From NCBI GenBank assembly GCA_041659505.1, contig JBAZYF010000001.1, positions 566,712 through 630,711 of the forward strand: 64,000 bases of DNA, given 5' to 3'. Each line of letters opens with the position of its first letter. Position 1 is the stretch's first letter. The notes under the pieces were generated by a model. It had not been told where the DNA came from, did not search any database, and worked only from the letters and a program-made list of their open reading frames with translations. The translations under genes and the position numbers were made by a program. Shown one piece after another: positions 41,105 to 51,305 of this stretch. Source of the stretch: Parcubacteria group bacterium (GTDB lineage Bacteria; Patescibacteriota; Minisyncoccia; Moranbacterales; UBA2206).

Positions 41105-41524
41105 ATGCCAACAATCAATCAACTGAAGCGAAAATCCCGCTCGTCGGTCAAGAGCAAGTCTAAAACACCTGCTTTTAAGCATGTTTTTAATACTTTGAAA
41201 AACAAGCCCGTTCTCACGAACAGCTCGTTCAAACGAGGAGTCTGCCTCAAAGTCAGCACAACCACCCCAAAGAAACCGAACTCGGCTCTGCGAAAAATTG
41301 CCAGAGTGCGTCTCACCAATGGAATGGAAGTGACGGCTTATATCCCGGGCATCGGACACAACTTGCAAGAGCACTCCATTGTGATGCTCCGCGGTGGTCG
41401 CGTGAAAGATCTCCCGGGCGTGCGTTATCATATCGTGCGGGGAGTCTTGGACAGCGCCGGCGTGGCCAATCGCAAGCAAGGTCGCAGTAAATATGGCGCT
41501 AAGGTGGAAAAGGCTAAATCGTAA
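41105..41524 (+). CDS. rpsL: 30S ribosomal protein S12
   Basis: [30 protein letters not shown]. Confidence 0.99.
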   Translation: MPTINQLKRKSRSSVKSKSKTPAFKHVFNTLKNKPVLTNSSFKRGVCLKVSTTTPKKPNSALRKIARVRLTNGMEVTAYIPGIGHNLQEHSIVMLRGGRVKDLPGVRYHIVRGVLDSAGVANRKQGRSKYGAKVEKAKS

Positions 41525-41550
41525 TTAGAAAAAACTAGTAATTTATACAT

Positions 41551-42018
41551 ATGGCAAGAAGAAAAAGAGTATTTGACAAACACGTTAAGCCTGACACGAG
41601 ATATGATAATCTTTTAGTAGGCAAATTTATCAACAGCATTTTACAAGACGGCAAAAGAACAACTGCCGAGCGGATCGTCTATGAAGCCTTTGATATCATC
41701 CACGAAAAGACCAAAAAAGGCGGACTAAACATCTTTGAACAAGCCTTGAAAAATGTCGCACCACTCGTTGAACTAAAATCTCGCAGAGTTGGAGGCGCCA
41801 ACTATCAGGTGCCAGTCCCAGTTTTGGGCGAAAGACGCACAACTTTAGCCATCCGTTGGCTAAAAGCGGCTATTTCTTCCAAAAAAGGCAAAAAGATGGC
41901 GGAAAAATTGGCTGATGAACTGATCGAAGCTTCGAATAAAGCTGGCGCTGCGATGAAAAAGAGAGACGATGTGCATAGAATGGCGGATGCGAACAAGGCA
42001 TTTGCTCATTTCGCGTAG
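41551..42018 (+). CDS. rpsG: 30S ribosomal protein S7
   Basis: SRRVGGANYQVP, MADANKAFAHF. Confidence 0.99.
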   Translation: MARRKRVFDKHVKPDTRYDNLLVGKFINSILQDGKRTTAERIVYEAFDIIHEKTKKGGLNIFEQALKNVAPLVELKSRRVGGANYQVPVPVLGERRTTLAIRWLKAAISSKKGKKMAEKLADELIEASNKAGAAMKKRDDVHRMADANKAFAHFA

Positions 42019-42146
42019 GAAAAATGGAAAATGCAAATCTCAAAATGGAAAATGACAATGTAAAATAAAAAATTTTATATTTAAAAAATCATTTTGAATT
42101 TTAAACTGTAATTTTTAATTTTGATTTTTAAATTTTAAAATTAGCT

Positions 42147-44231
42147 ATGCGTAAATACCCAATCGAAAAGTATCGTAATATCGGAATTATCGCTCACATT
42201 GATGCGGGAAAAACAACGACGACCGAGCGCGTGTTGTTTTATACTGGTGTCACGCACAAAATCGGTGAGGTGCATGAAGGTGCGGCCACGATGGACTGGA
42301 TGGAACAAGAGCAGGAGCGCGGAATCACCATCACTTCAGCGGCGACCACTTGTTTTTGGAAAGATTGCCAGGTGAATATTATTGATACTCCGGGCCACGT
42401 GGACTTTACCGTGGAAGTGGAACGGTCACTCCGCGTGCTGGATGGCGGTGTGGTTGTTTTTGACGGCAAAGAAGGAGTGGAGCCTCAATCGGAGACAGTG
42501 TGGCGTCAGGCGGACAAATATAGTGTTCCACGCGTTTGTTTTATCAACAAAATCGACAAAGAAGGCGCCGATTTCTACTATGCCTTGAGAACTATCTGGG
42601 ATCGTTTGACTCCTAACGCTGTGGCTTTGCAAATTCCGATCGGAGAGCGCGGTGATTTTGCTGGCGTGGTGGATCTGATCAAGATGAAAGGCTATACTTT
42701 TGCGGGAGAAATGGGAATTGAAGTGATTGAAGGAGAAATCCCGGCTGAACTTTTGGACAAAGCAAAGGAATGGCGAGAAAAGATGGTGGAAAAAGTTTCA
42801 GAAACAGATGATGCGCTGACGGAAAAATTTTTGAACGGCGATGAGATTTCACAGGAAGAACTGAAAGCGGCCATCCGTCGTGCGACAATCGCAACAACAC
42901 TTGTCCCGGTCTTTACTGGAACAGCATTGCGTAATAAGGGAGTGCAATTGGTTTTGGATGCAGTTATCGATTATCTTCCATCTCCGCTCGACGTACCAGC
43001 CATCAAAGCAACTGATGTGCGCGATGAAACAATCGAAATTGAAGTGAAGCAACAAGACGACGCGCCGTTTGCCGCGTTGGCTTTCAAGGTGGCGACTGAT
43101 CCCTATGTGGGACAATTGACTTTTTTCCGTGTGTATTCGGGAGTTTTAAAAGCGGGATCATACGTGCTCAATTCTTCTAAGAATGAAAAAGAACGTATTG
43201 GACGAATTTTGCAGATGCATGCTAATCACCGGGAAGAAATTTCCGAGATTTATGCGGGCGGAATTGGAGCATTGGTGGGAATGAAAAATACGACCACTGG
43301 CGACACTTTGTGTGACATTGAAAATCCGGTGCTGTTGGAAACAATCACTTTCCCCGAACCAGTGATCTCGATTGCGATTGAACCAAAAACGAAAGCTGAT
43401 CAAGAGAAGATGGGATTTGCGCTGCGAAAACTGGCCGAAGAAGATCCAACGTTCAAGGTGCGTACAGATGAGGAAACCGGACAAACAATCATTTCCGGTA
43501 TGGGCGAGTTGCATCTGGACATTATTGTGGATCGCATGAAACGCGAATTTAAGGTGGAAGCCAACATCGGTCAACCACAAGTAGCTTATCGGGAAACGAT
43601 CCGCGTCAAAGCGGAAGCGGAAGGTAAATATATCAAACAATCCGGTGGTCGCGGACAATATGGACATTGTTGGATGCGCGTCGAACCGCAAGAGCCAGGC
43701 AAGGGATTTGAATTTGTTAGTGAAATTAAAGGTGGAGTCATCCCGCAAGAATATATCACGCCGATCGAAAGAGGTGCGAAGGAAGCAATGGAATCGGGAG
43801 TTGTGGCAGGGTACCCAATGGTGGACATCAAAGCGACAGTTTATGACGGATCATATCATGAAGTGGACTCCTCGGAAGCCGCTTTCAAAATTGCCGGATC
43901 GATGGCGTTCAAGGAAGCTTGTAGGCGTGCGAAACCGATGCTACTTGAGCCAATCATGAAAGTGCAAACCATCACCCCAGAAAACTTTATGGGTGATGTG
44001 GTGGGTGATATCAATGCTAAGCGGGGCATCATCAAGGAAATGGGTGACCGCGGAGAAGGTAATGCGCGCGTGAAAGTGATTGACGCAGAAGTGCCATTGT
44101 CCTCGATGTTCGGTTATGCAACACAGCTCCGTTCAATGTCACAGGGCCGTGCCAACTATGCGATGGAATTTTCCCACTACGCCGAAGTGCCAAAGAATGT
44201 GGCAGAAGAAATTTCAGGAGGCAAAAAATAG
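42147..44231 (+). CDS. fusA: elongation factor G
   Basis: [40 protein letters not shown]. Confidence 0.99.
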   Translation: MRKYPIEKYRNIGIIAHIDAGKTTTTERVLFYTGVTHKIGEVHEGAATMDWMEQEQERGITITSAATTCFWKDCQVNIIDTPGHVDFTVEVERSLRVLDGGVVVFDGKEGVEPQSETVWRQADKYSVPRVCFINKIDKEGADFYYALRTIWDRLTPNAVALQIPIGERGDFAGVVDLIKMKGYTFAGEMGIEVIEGEIPAELLDKAKEWREKMVEKVSETDDALTEKFLNGDEISQEELKAAIRRATIATTLVPVFTGTALRNKGVQLVLDAVIDYLPSPLDVPAIKATDVRDETIEIEVKQQDDAPFAALAFKVATDPYVGQLTFFRVYSGVLKAGSYVLNSSKNEKERIGRILQMHANHREEISEIYAGGIGALVGMKNTTTGDTLCDIENPVLLETITFPEPVISIAIEPKTKADQEKMGFALRKLAEEDPTFKVRTDEETGQTIISGMGELHLDIIVDRMKREFKVEANIGQPQVAYRETIRVKAEAEGKYIKQSGGRGQYGHCWMRVEPQEPGKGFEFVSEIKGGVIPQEYITPIERGAKEAMESGVVAGYPMVDIKATVYDGSYHEVDSSEAAFKIAGSMAFKEACRRAKPMLLEPIMKVQTITPENFMGDVVGDINAKRGIIKEMGDRGEGNARVKVIDAEVPLSSMFGYATQLRSMSQGRANYAMEFSHYAEVPKNVAEEISGGKK

Positions 44232-44252
44232 TTTAAAATTTACAACTTTTCC

Positions 44253-44282
44253 AAAAGACAACTCCGAGAGGGGTTGTTTTTT
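44253..44282 (+). terminator. intrinsic terminator after fusA
   Basis: GACAACTCC-GAGA-GGGGTTGTT followed by a T run. Confidence 0.75.
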
Positions 44283-44397
44283 GGCTCTTTAAGGCTTGCA
44301 ATATTTTCAAGTAATGATACAATATCAGTATAATTATTTAAAAACAAACTGCCTTTGTCCCGGTGCGTATTTGGGACTACGGCGTGTTGAGAAAAAA

Positions 44398-45285
44398 ATG
44401 AATGATTTAATAAATATAAAAGTGATTCAAAAAGATTTTAATGGGGAGAAGAAAAGATTTGTTAGTGCTAGGGAGTTGCACCGGTGGTTAGGCGTTGGAA
44501 AGTTCTTTGCTAATTGGATAAGGGATAGAATTGAAAAATATGATTTCGTGGAAGATTTGGATTATTTCGTGTCCATTGCCAAATTTGGCAATGGATTTGA
44601 TGGCTCAACTAAAGGAAAAATTACTGACCCCAAAACTGGAAGAGTTTTAGCTAGGAATTATGTTATCTCGGTGGATATGGCCAAAGAATTGGCAATGTTG
44701 GAAAATAGCGAAATTGGAAAAATGGTCAGAAAGTATTTTATCCGAGTGGAAGGTGATTTCAAAAAAGTAATGCGAGTCGCCAAAATGGATCCCAAATTTA
44801 TCAATCAGTTGGCGAGCCAGTTCTTTGAAACTAGAGAAGAAACGAAAGAATATCGTCGGGATTTCACGGATTGTATTAAGGATTTTGTGGCCGTGAAAAA
44901 TTATGGAACATACACAGATATGCTATATAATTTTCTGTTTCTGGAAAGAGCCAAGGAATATCGCAAACTTTTGAATCTCGCCAAAAAAGATTTTACCAGA
45001 AATTATATGTATGAAGAAATAATTTTTATTATCGGCGCTTTTGAAACAGGGCTTTCCGGCGAGGTGGAAAAAGTAGCTAAAAAATTAAAAAGAATGCTAA
45101 CACAAAAAGAATTTGAAAAAATTTTCCAAGAATTTTCCGCTCAAAGGAATTGGCTGGTCTATCAAAAAAGGGCGAGAAATATTATGGCAACTTACGACGA
45201 AGAATTGCGTCGAATAAAGCATCCGAAGTTGATTGATTATCGCAAAGAATTCAGCCAGGAAGATATTCAAAAGTTGTTAGGGTGA
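44398..45285 (+). CDS. AntA/AntB antirepressor-domain protein
   Basis: VSARELH..F.NWI..RIEKYDF.E..DY, DMAKELAMLE..G..VRKYFI. Confidence 0.85.
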   Translation: MNDLINIKVIQKDFNGEKKRFVSARELHRWLGVGKFFANWIRDRIEKYDFVEDLDYFVSIAKFGNGFDGSTKGKITDPKTGRVLARNYVISVDMAKELAMLENSEIGKMVRKYFIRVEGDFKKVMRVAKMDPKFINQLASQFFETREETKEYRRDFTDCIKDFVAVKNYGTYTDMLYNFLFLERAKEYRKLLNLAKKDFTRNYMYEEIIFIIGAFETGLSGEVEKVAKKLKRMLTQKEFEKIFQEFSAQRNWLVYQKRARNIMATYDEELRRIKHPKLIDYRKEFSQEDIQKLLG

Positions 45286-45525
45286 AATCCTCGTCGGTTC
45301 AGTGTCTCCCGACCTGAACCACTCAGTTCTTACTAGGCTATAGCATAATCGAGAGCTTATTTTTTATTCGCGAGCTGATTAGAAATAAAAGATTCCCTCC
45401 AGAGGCGGGCAGGCAAGTCAGAGGCGTGAACCGACGGCAGATCTTGCTTTTTTTGTCTTCGCCAAATTTGGCGAAGGATTTTTTTTCCAAATCGGTCATT
45501 TTTGCTATAATTAAAACTAATAAAT

Positions 45526-45566
45526 TTTAGAGGCTTCCATAGAGGCCTCTATAGAAGCCTCTAAAA
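45526..45566. repeat. TAGAGGC-type palindromic repeat
   Basis: TTTAGAGGCTTCCATAGAGGCCTCTATAGAAGCCTCTAAA; related copy at 48595-48621. Confidence 0.7.
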
Positions 45567-45571
45567 AAACT

Positions 45572-46183
45572 ATGCCGGAAAAAATGAAACAAATTTGGGA
45601 AAATAATCGCCGATGGATTTTGGTTGCTACTAGCTTGGTTATTTTTTTGTGTATCATTTTGGCGAGTAATCAAGTGGCCGTGAAACAAGCAGAGGATTCC
45701 TCGATTGCGCAGATTGCGGAGCTTGAAAAACAGTTGGCGGTGGAGAAAGAAAAAAATACTACGTCTGCCGACAAAACTTTGGCGTCGGCAGAAGAATCCG
45801 CCAAAGTCGAGCGGGTGATTGATGGCGACACGATCAAGCTCGAGAGTGGCCAAGTTGTGCGCCTGATCGGGATCGATGCGCCGGAATCGGTCGCTCCGGA
45901 AAAACCGGTGCAATGTTTCGGGCCAGAAGCGAGTGAGGAAAGTAAGCGACTCCTGGAAGGCAAAGAAATCCGGATGGAAAAAGATGTGTCCGAAAAAGAT
46001 CAATACGGGCGCTTGCTTCGTTACGTCTGGGTCGGTGACATTTTCGTAAACGACTATCTCGTCCGCAATGGTTTTGCCCGTGCCGATAACTTTCCGCCGG
46101 ATGAAAAATTCAAAGCAGAGTTTTCTCAAGCGCAAGCGGAGGCGAAGAATAATAAAAGGGGGTTGTGGGGGAAGTGTCGGTAG
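45572..46183 (+). CDS. thermonuclease (SNase) family, membrane-anchored
   Basis: VIDGDT, VRLIGIDAPE, DQYGRLLRYV, RGLWG. Confidence 0.95.
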   Translation: MPEKMKQIWENNRRWILVATSLVIFLCIILASNQVAVKQAEDSSIAQIAELEKQLAVEKEKNTTSADKTLASAEESAKVERVIDGDTIKLESGQVVRLIGIDAPESVAPEKPVQCFGPEASEESKRLLEGKEIRMEKDVSEKDQYGRLLRYVWVGDIFVNDYLVRNGFARADNFPPDEKFKAEFSQAQAEAKNNKRGLWGKCR

Positions 46184-46326
46184 AATTTCGTATCTAAGTC
46201 AAATGCTTGACAAATGCAGTAAATAATGCTAAAAAAGTATGTTGTGGCTTAACAATTTGCAGTTAACAAAAGGGAATTCACATTTGAAGTTGTTGCGGTA
46301 AACAATTTGTCAAAAGGAGAGGCGGC

Positions 46327-46914
46327 ATGTTTTACACTTTGATTAATACCGAGTTTCTTTATGTGGAAAAGTTGTATCGTAAAAGAATGATCGATACACT
46401 CGAGAGCATTCAATGTAATGGGTTCTCGAATCTGTTTGTTTCTTCTAACGGAGGACAGAGTATTGTTGCTGAACTGGGAGTCCAACGGCTCATGCCAAGA
46501 AAAATTACCACAATCGGTGGCTACAGTATCAGGTCAGCAGCGCTGGATATTTTTTTGTGCGGAGCTAATCGGTTAGCCTTTTCTGATTCAGTGTTCTTTT
46601 TCCATGAGGCGTCTTATGAAAGTGATGGTCGCCTGATCCGAGAATCCGAGGCGGAGCTTGCGGTGGAGATTGAAAAACTCACCTACAAGTATCAGCAAAG
46701 TGGTCATTTACTACGGCGATTGGATCTCCTTCGGAGGGCGAACGAGCTCACTGGGCAAATACTAGCGAGACAGACCAAGCTTTCATATGGTCGTGTTCGC
46801 GAATTGATGCTTGGAGACGGATGCCAGATGAATGCCCGAGAAGCTTTGTTTTATGGGCTCGTCCATGAAATTATCCCGTGCTCGTACGTCGATTTTGATC
46901 ATGATTCAATTTGA
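46327..46914 (+). CDS. divergent ClpP-like peptidase
   Basis: VSSNGG, SIRSAALDIFLCG..R, FFFHE, MNAREALFYGLV. Confidence 0.7.
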   Translation: MFYTLINTEFLYVEKLYRKRMIDTLESIQCNGFSNLFVSSNGGQSIVAELGVQRLMPRKITTIGGYSIRSAALDIFLCGANRLAFSDSVFFFHEASYESDGRLIRESEAELAVEIEKLTYKYQQSGHLLRRLDLLRRANELTGQILARQTKLSYGRVRELMLGDGCQMNAREALFYGLVHEIIPCSYVDFDHDSI

Positions 46915-47155
46915 CGTCTGAGTCCGGAGAAAATTGCCAAAACATTCAACAAAAGCGATAGAAGATAGGCTTATCTTCTATCGCTTTTATAATTTTAGCT
47001 GGAGTTAGAAATTATTCTGCTGCAATGCGCAAATAGGCGTCAGGTTGCGCAAAGGATTTTCTTGTAGTAGAGTTAATAACCAGTACTTTCCAAACATGCA
47101 ATAACTTCAAATATACAAAATTCTAATCACGTTATTATTTGAAAGGAGGCTTCTT

Positions 47156-48487
47156 ATGACTTTGGAGCGAGTTTCGGAGTTAGAGCAGGCCATCCCGACT
47201 ATTAAGCGTTGGGATGTTGTGGAGCTTATGGCTTTTTATGGCCTCAAAAAACAAGACATCTGCCCTTTGTGTGGAGAACCAAAAGGCTGGGGAATTGTTT
47301 GTATGCGCTGCCTTGGAATTTATGGATCCAGGGGAACTGCATTGGTCATGGCGGAAGTTGGACGGAAGAAGGTGGGTATCGATGAGCGTTACCTTTGGTT
47401 TTTGTATGTCGGCAAAAATCTTTCTCTGCTTTGGGGCAAGCGGAATGGACACAACCAGAAGAAAGTGAAAAAAATTCTGATGCCTATTGATGATTTGCCT
47501 GTCCCAGAAGAACGAATTATTGAAGCTAAAGTCTCGGAAGAAAAACTTCCGGAAATTCGGAACGCGGACGTGCAAATTAACGAAACAGTGGCTGTGAACG
47601 CGGAACCAGTGGTTGTGGTGTCGGTCGATGAAAACAGCGCACCTGAAGATGTGGCTTTCCTGCCAGACAGGCAAATTGAAATTATGCCCGGAATGAAAAT
47701 CTGGCATGACATCGCATTGACTTTAGCTCATGGATCAATATACGAAAGAGTATCTTGCTCGGTTTGTAGAGGGCAAAAGGAATCCAATCGATGGATGTGT
47801 GGCAACTGCTTTAAGGAATTCAGGGAGCAGGGATTGGTCGCACTGAAAACATATCTGGCGGAACTAAACCCCAGAATTTATGTTTATCCTGATGGTTCGC
47901 ATATCCCTGATGACAAGGAAAGTGAGGTAATCATCAAAATCGCGTATAATCTTCTCTCGTCCAATTTTCAAGGATATGTTCCTGGCAATCCATGGGAACT
48001 CGCTTGCACTATTAGAACATTGAGAGGGGTGCATGACAAAATCCCTATGGCAATTCTGGCTAATATTGCCCGAGAGGCCTTGCGGCGCAGAGCAGTGAAA
48101 GGTCAAGAAGATCAGGTTTTTGTTCTAAGAAAACAAACTTCAGTTTCTGAAAAATCTGAATTGGCAGAATCGATTTCAGTTTTTTCCGGCATGAAAAATT
48201 TAAAGGAAGACACGAATATTGCACAAGCTTTTTTAGCCTTTTTATCCGACGCCTATTACTGCTGGAATATTAAGGAAAAAGCCAATGGTGGTAAGCCGAC
48301 GAAAGAAAAGTTTGCGAAAAAAGTCGGATATAACGTTGCCTCTTGGCATTACTTGAAATATCCCAAAAAGTATCCGGGAAAATCTGGGATATCAGTTGCA
48401 AAAGCGAGGGAGATTGCGGTAGCGATGAACACTACTCTCGAAGAAGCTCTGGCAATCGGTCAAACGTTTTTAAACAAAACGGTTTAG
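47156..48487 (+). CDS. hypothetical protein with two C4 Zn-finger repeats and a C-terminal HTH-like domain
   Basis: CPLC..CMRC, CSVC..CGNC; TKEKFAKKVG..ISVAKAREIAVAMNTTLEE. Confidence 0.6.
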   Translation: MTLERVSELEQAIPTIKRWDVVELMAFYGLKKQDICPLCGEPKGWGIVCMRCLGIYGSRGTALVMAEVGRKKVGIDERYLWFLYVGKNLSLLWGKRNGHNQKKVKKILMPIDDLPVPEERIIEAKVSEEKLPEIRNADVQINETVAVNAEPVVVVSVDENSAPEDVAFLPDRQIEIMPGMKIWHDIALTLAHGSIYERVSCSVCRGQKESNRWMCGNCFKEFREQGLVALKTYLAELNPRIYVYPDGSHIPDDKESEVIIKIAYNLLSSNFQGYVPGNPWELACTIRTLRGVHDKIPMAILANIAREALRRRAVKGQEDQVFVLRKQTSVSEKSELAESISVFSGMKNLKEDTNIAQAFLAFLSDAYYCWNIKEKANGGKPTKEKFAKKVGYNVASWHYLKYPKKYPGKSGISVAKAREIAVAMNTTLEEALAIGQTFLNKTV

Positions 48488-48693
48488 GTGTTTTCAATGA
48501 GAGTATATTGTGGATTTTTTTTAGCTCGGTTTCTGGGTAATGCCCTGGAAGCCGAGTTTTCATTTCCAGGTTGAAATTATAGTCAGCCACTTCAATAGAG
48601 GCTTCTATAGAGGCCTCTAAAATTTTTTAGTTTGCTGCTGCATTTGAAAACTAGTTTTTTGTTGAAACCTCCCTTTTTTGCTATAATCCACAA

Positions 48694-50301
48694 ATGGAAG
48701 AACCGGAAAAAACATTTTCCCCGTTTGGGGCGTGGGTCATGCGAGTGAAAGAGAAAATTGAAAAAAATGCGGGCGTACTATTGGTGCTCGTGTTTTTGCT
48801 TTTTTGGTTGGGCGTGTTTCTGGCGCAACCGGTCAATCTGGTCAGTATTGATTTGGGGCGCCACATTGAAAACGGGCGCTATTTTTTTGCTACGTACAAA
48901 ATTCCTGATACCAACCTCTATTCCTATACCTATCCGGATATTCCTTTCATCAATCATCATTGGGGCTCGGGCGTGCTGTTTTTTCTGATCTGGAAAGTGG
49001 CTGGAATTGCCGGGCTGTCATTTCTCTATATTGTGCTTAGTCTCATTACTTTTAGCATCCTGTTTTTTATGACCAAAAAATTCGCCGGGCTACCGCTTGC
49101 GGTGCTGGCGTCCACGCTAGTCATTCCGCTCATCGGTGAGCGGACAGAAGTGCGGCCGGAAGTGTTTAGCTATTTTTTTGCGGTGATTTTTTTTCTTTTG
49201 CTTTGGAGATATAAGAAAGGCGAGTTGAAAACTGACTGGCTGTTTCTTTTGCCAATTTTTGCTCTTTTTTGGGTCAATCTGCACATCTACTTCATTTTCG
49301 GTATCGGGCTTATCGGACTGTTTTTGCTCGACACCGTGCGGGAAAAAAACTGGAAACAATTCAAGATACTATTTCTAGTCTTAGTCCTAACTATTGGCGC
49401 GAGCCTTGTGAGTCCCTTTGGAATCAGGGGATTGATTTATCCCTTAAATATCTTTCGCAATTACGGTTACCGCGTCTTGGAAAATCAGTCGGTCAGTTTT
49501 TTGACTAATTTAGGGTTTATTAACAATCCTAATCTGATTATTGTTAAAATAGTTTTACTGGTTCTGTTTTTAAGTACAGTTGTGCTTTTCATAACTAATC
49601 GAAAAAAAATCAACTGGCCGCTTTTGGGACTTTCCGTTACGGTGGGCATTTTGGGCTGGAGCGCTTTGCGCAACTTTTCACTGTTTGGCTATTTCGCCTT
49701 GCCGGCGCTGGCCTATAATTTGAAATATGGGTTTGGAAGAAAAATCGATCTCAAAGATGGCACTGTGCAGACGTTGATTTTTGCGTTAGCGGGTTTGTTT
49801 TTTTTCACGTTCAGCTTTCTTTCTCAAGGAAAGCTTATGCAAGCGAATGGAAACACGGCGCAAGCTGATCAAAAAGCGCAGGAAGCTTCAGCCGTTTTTT
49901 TCCGAGAGAATAATTTGAAAGGGCCGATTTTTAATAACTACGACATCGGCAGTTATTTGATTTTCCATCTTTATCCTCAAGAAAAAGTATTTGTCGACAA
50001 TCGGCCGGAAGTTTATCCTGATACTTTTTTTCAAGACATTTACATCCCGATGCAAGATGACGACGCAGCTTGGCAACGAGCGAATGAGCAGTATGATTTT
50101 AATGTGATCTATTTTGCCACGCATGACGCGACCAATTGGGGGCAGGATTTTTTGGTGAAAAGAATCAAGGATCCGCAGTGGGCGCCGGTCTTTGCTGATG
50201 AATACGCGATTATATTTCTCAAAAGAAATGAGCAAAACGAGGCTTTAATTTCGCGGTTTGAGATGTCGCAGGATCATTTTAGGATTACGAGCGCACCCTA
50301 A
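48694..50301 (+). CDS. polytopic membrane protein, probable GT-C glycosyltransferase
   Basis: DLGRHI, RPEVFS, WVNLH, FVDNR motifs; many TMs; next to a GT2 gene. Confidence 0.7.
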   Translation: MEEPEKTFSPFGAWVMRVKEKIEKNAGVLLVLVFLLFWLGVFLAQPVNLVSIDLGRHIENGRYFFATYKIPDTNLYSYTYPDIPFINHHWGSGVLFFLIWKVAGIAGLSFLYIVLSLITFSILFFMTKKFAGLPLAVLASTLVIPLIGERTEVRPEVFSYFFAVIFFLLLWRYKKGELKTDWLFLLPIFALFWVNLHIYFIFGIGLIGLFLLDTVREKNWKQFKILFLVLVLTIGASLVSPFGIRGLIYPLNIFRNYGYRVLENQSVSFLTNLGFINNPNLIIVKIVLLVLFLSTVVLFITNRKKINWPLLGLSVTVGILGWSALRNFSLFGYFALPALAYNLKYGFGRKIDLKDGTVQTLIFALAGLFFFTFSFLSQGKLMQANGNTAQADQKAQEASAVFFRENNLKGPIFNNYDIGSYLIFHLYPQEKVFVDNRPEVYPDTFFQDIYIPMQDDDAAWQRANEQYDFNVIYFATHDATNWGQDFLVKRIKDPQWAPVFADEYAIIFLKRNEQNEALISRFEMSQDHFRITSAP

Positions 50302-50302
50302 T

Positions 50303-50465
50303 CCTCCTCGCCCTTAGGGAGAGGATGTCACGTACTCGTGACAGGTGAGGGAAAAGGGCGTTGATAAAAAAGAAAAGCGTTGTTAATAGAAGGGGTGGTT
50401 ATTGAAAGGCTTCTCCCTCATCCGGCCTTCGGACACCTTCTCCCTAAGGGCGAAGGGGATATAAA
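50303..50465. repeat. REP-like inverted doublet
   Basis: Near-identical arms to 37300-37455. Confidence 0.85.
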
Positions 50466-50493
50466 CAAAGCGCGCTAATAATTTTTTTTAATT

Positions 50494-51180
50494 ATGCAAA
50501 AAGTCTCCGTCATCATCCCGGCCTATAATGAGCTGAACACTTTGTCAGCTATTTTGGAGCGCGTCACTATCGCTTCGACATTGGACTGTGAAAAAGAATT
50601 GATCGTCATCGACGACCATTCGACTGATGGGAGCTACGAATTGTTGATGGAATTACAAAAGAAATATACTTTTGTTCTCAAGCGGCACGAGAAAAATTTT
50701 GGCAAAGGTCGAGCACTACGCACTGGCTTTTCCGTCGCGACTGGAGATATCATTCTCATCCAGGATGCTGATTTGGAATATGATCCGACGAATTGGGTGG
50801 ATCTTTTGGTGGAATTTAAAAAACCGGAAACGCAAGTGGTTTACGGATCAAGAAATATTAGTCCCAAGAGACGAGGCTATGCCTCTTGCATTCTTGGTGT
50901 AAAAATTCTAACTGTTGCGATCAATCTGCTTTATGGCGCAAAACTGACAGATAGCTACACGTGCTATAAATGTTTTCGAAAAGTTTGTCTAAATGATATA
51001 AAACTGGAATCAAATGGCTTTGAGATCGAAGCAGAGTTGACAACTAAATTTCTTAAAAAAGGCTACTCTATCAAAGAAGTAGCGATCAGTTATAACCCGC
51101 GTAAGTTCGAAGAAGGCAAAAAAATCGGTTGGCGGGATGGAGTCTTGGGGCTTTGGGTGATCATAAGGAATCGTCTTTAA
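50494..51180 (+). CDS. glycosyltransferase family 2 (DPM-synthase-like)
   Basis: [33 protein letters not shown]. Confidence 0.95.
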   Translation: MQKVSVIIPAYNELNTLSAILERVTIASTLDCEKELIVIDDHSTDGSYELLMELQKKYTFVLKRHEKNFGKGRALRTGFSVATGDIILIQDADLEYDPTNWVDLLVEFKKPETQVVYGSRNISPKRRGYASCILGVKILTVAINLLYGAKLTDSYTCYKCFRKVCLNDIKLESNGFEIEAELTTKFLKKGYSIKEVAISYNPRKFEEGKKIGWRDGVLGLWVIIRNRL

Positions 51181-51305
51181 TTATATTTGACAAGGTGGGG
51201 ATTCTGTAGTATGCTGACACGTTGTTCAAGAAATGAGTGTTTTTTTGAAAATAGTATTTCATCGGGAAATACTTAACAAATGATTAAGAGAAACAAGGGA
51301 GGTTC

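Noticed and set aside
40964-41479. Long antisense ORFs over rpsL, rpoB, fusA, recQ and the permease
   Set aside because: Shadow frames of conserved genes with no independent motifs or signals.
23204-44231. Inteins or introns in rpoB, rpoC, recA, fusA
   Set aside because: Normal lengths with continuous motifs; no splice or homing-endonuclease signatures seen.
44398-48487. Prophage (AntA, nuclease, ClpP-like, HTH)
   Set aside because: No integrase, terminase, capsid or att sites; the genes look like independent cassettes.
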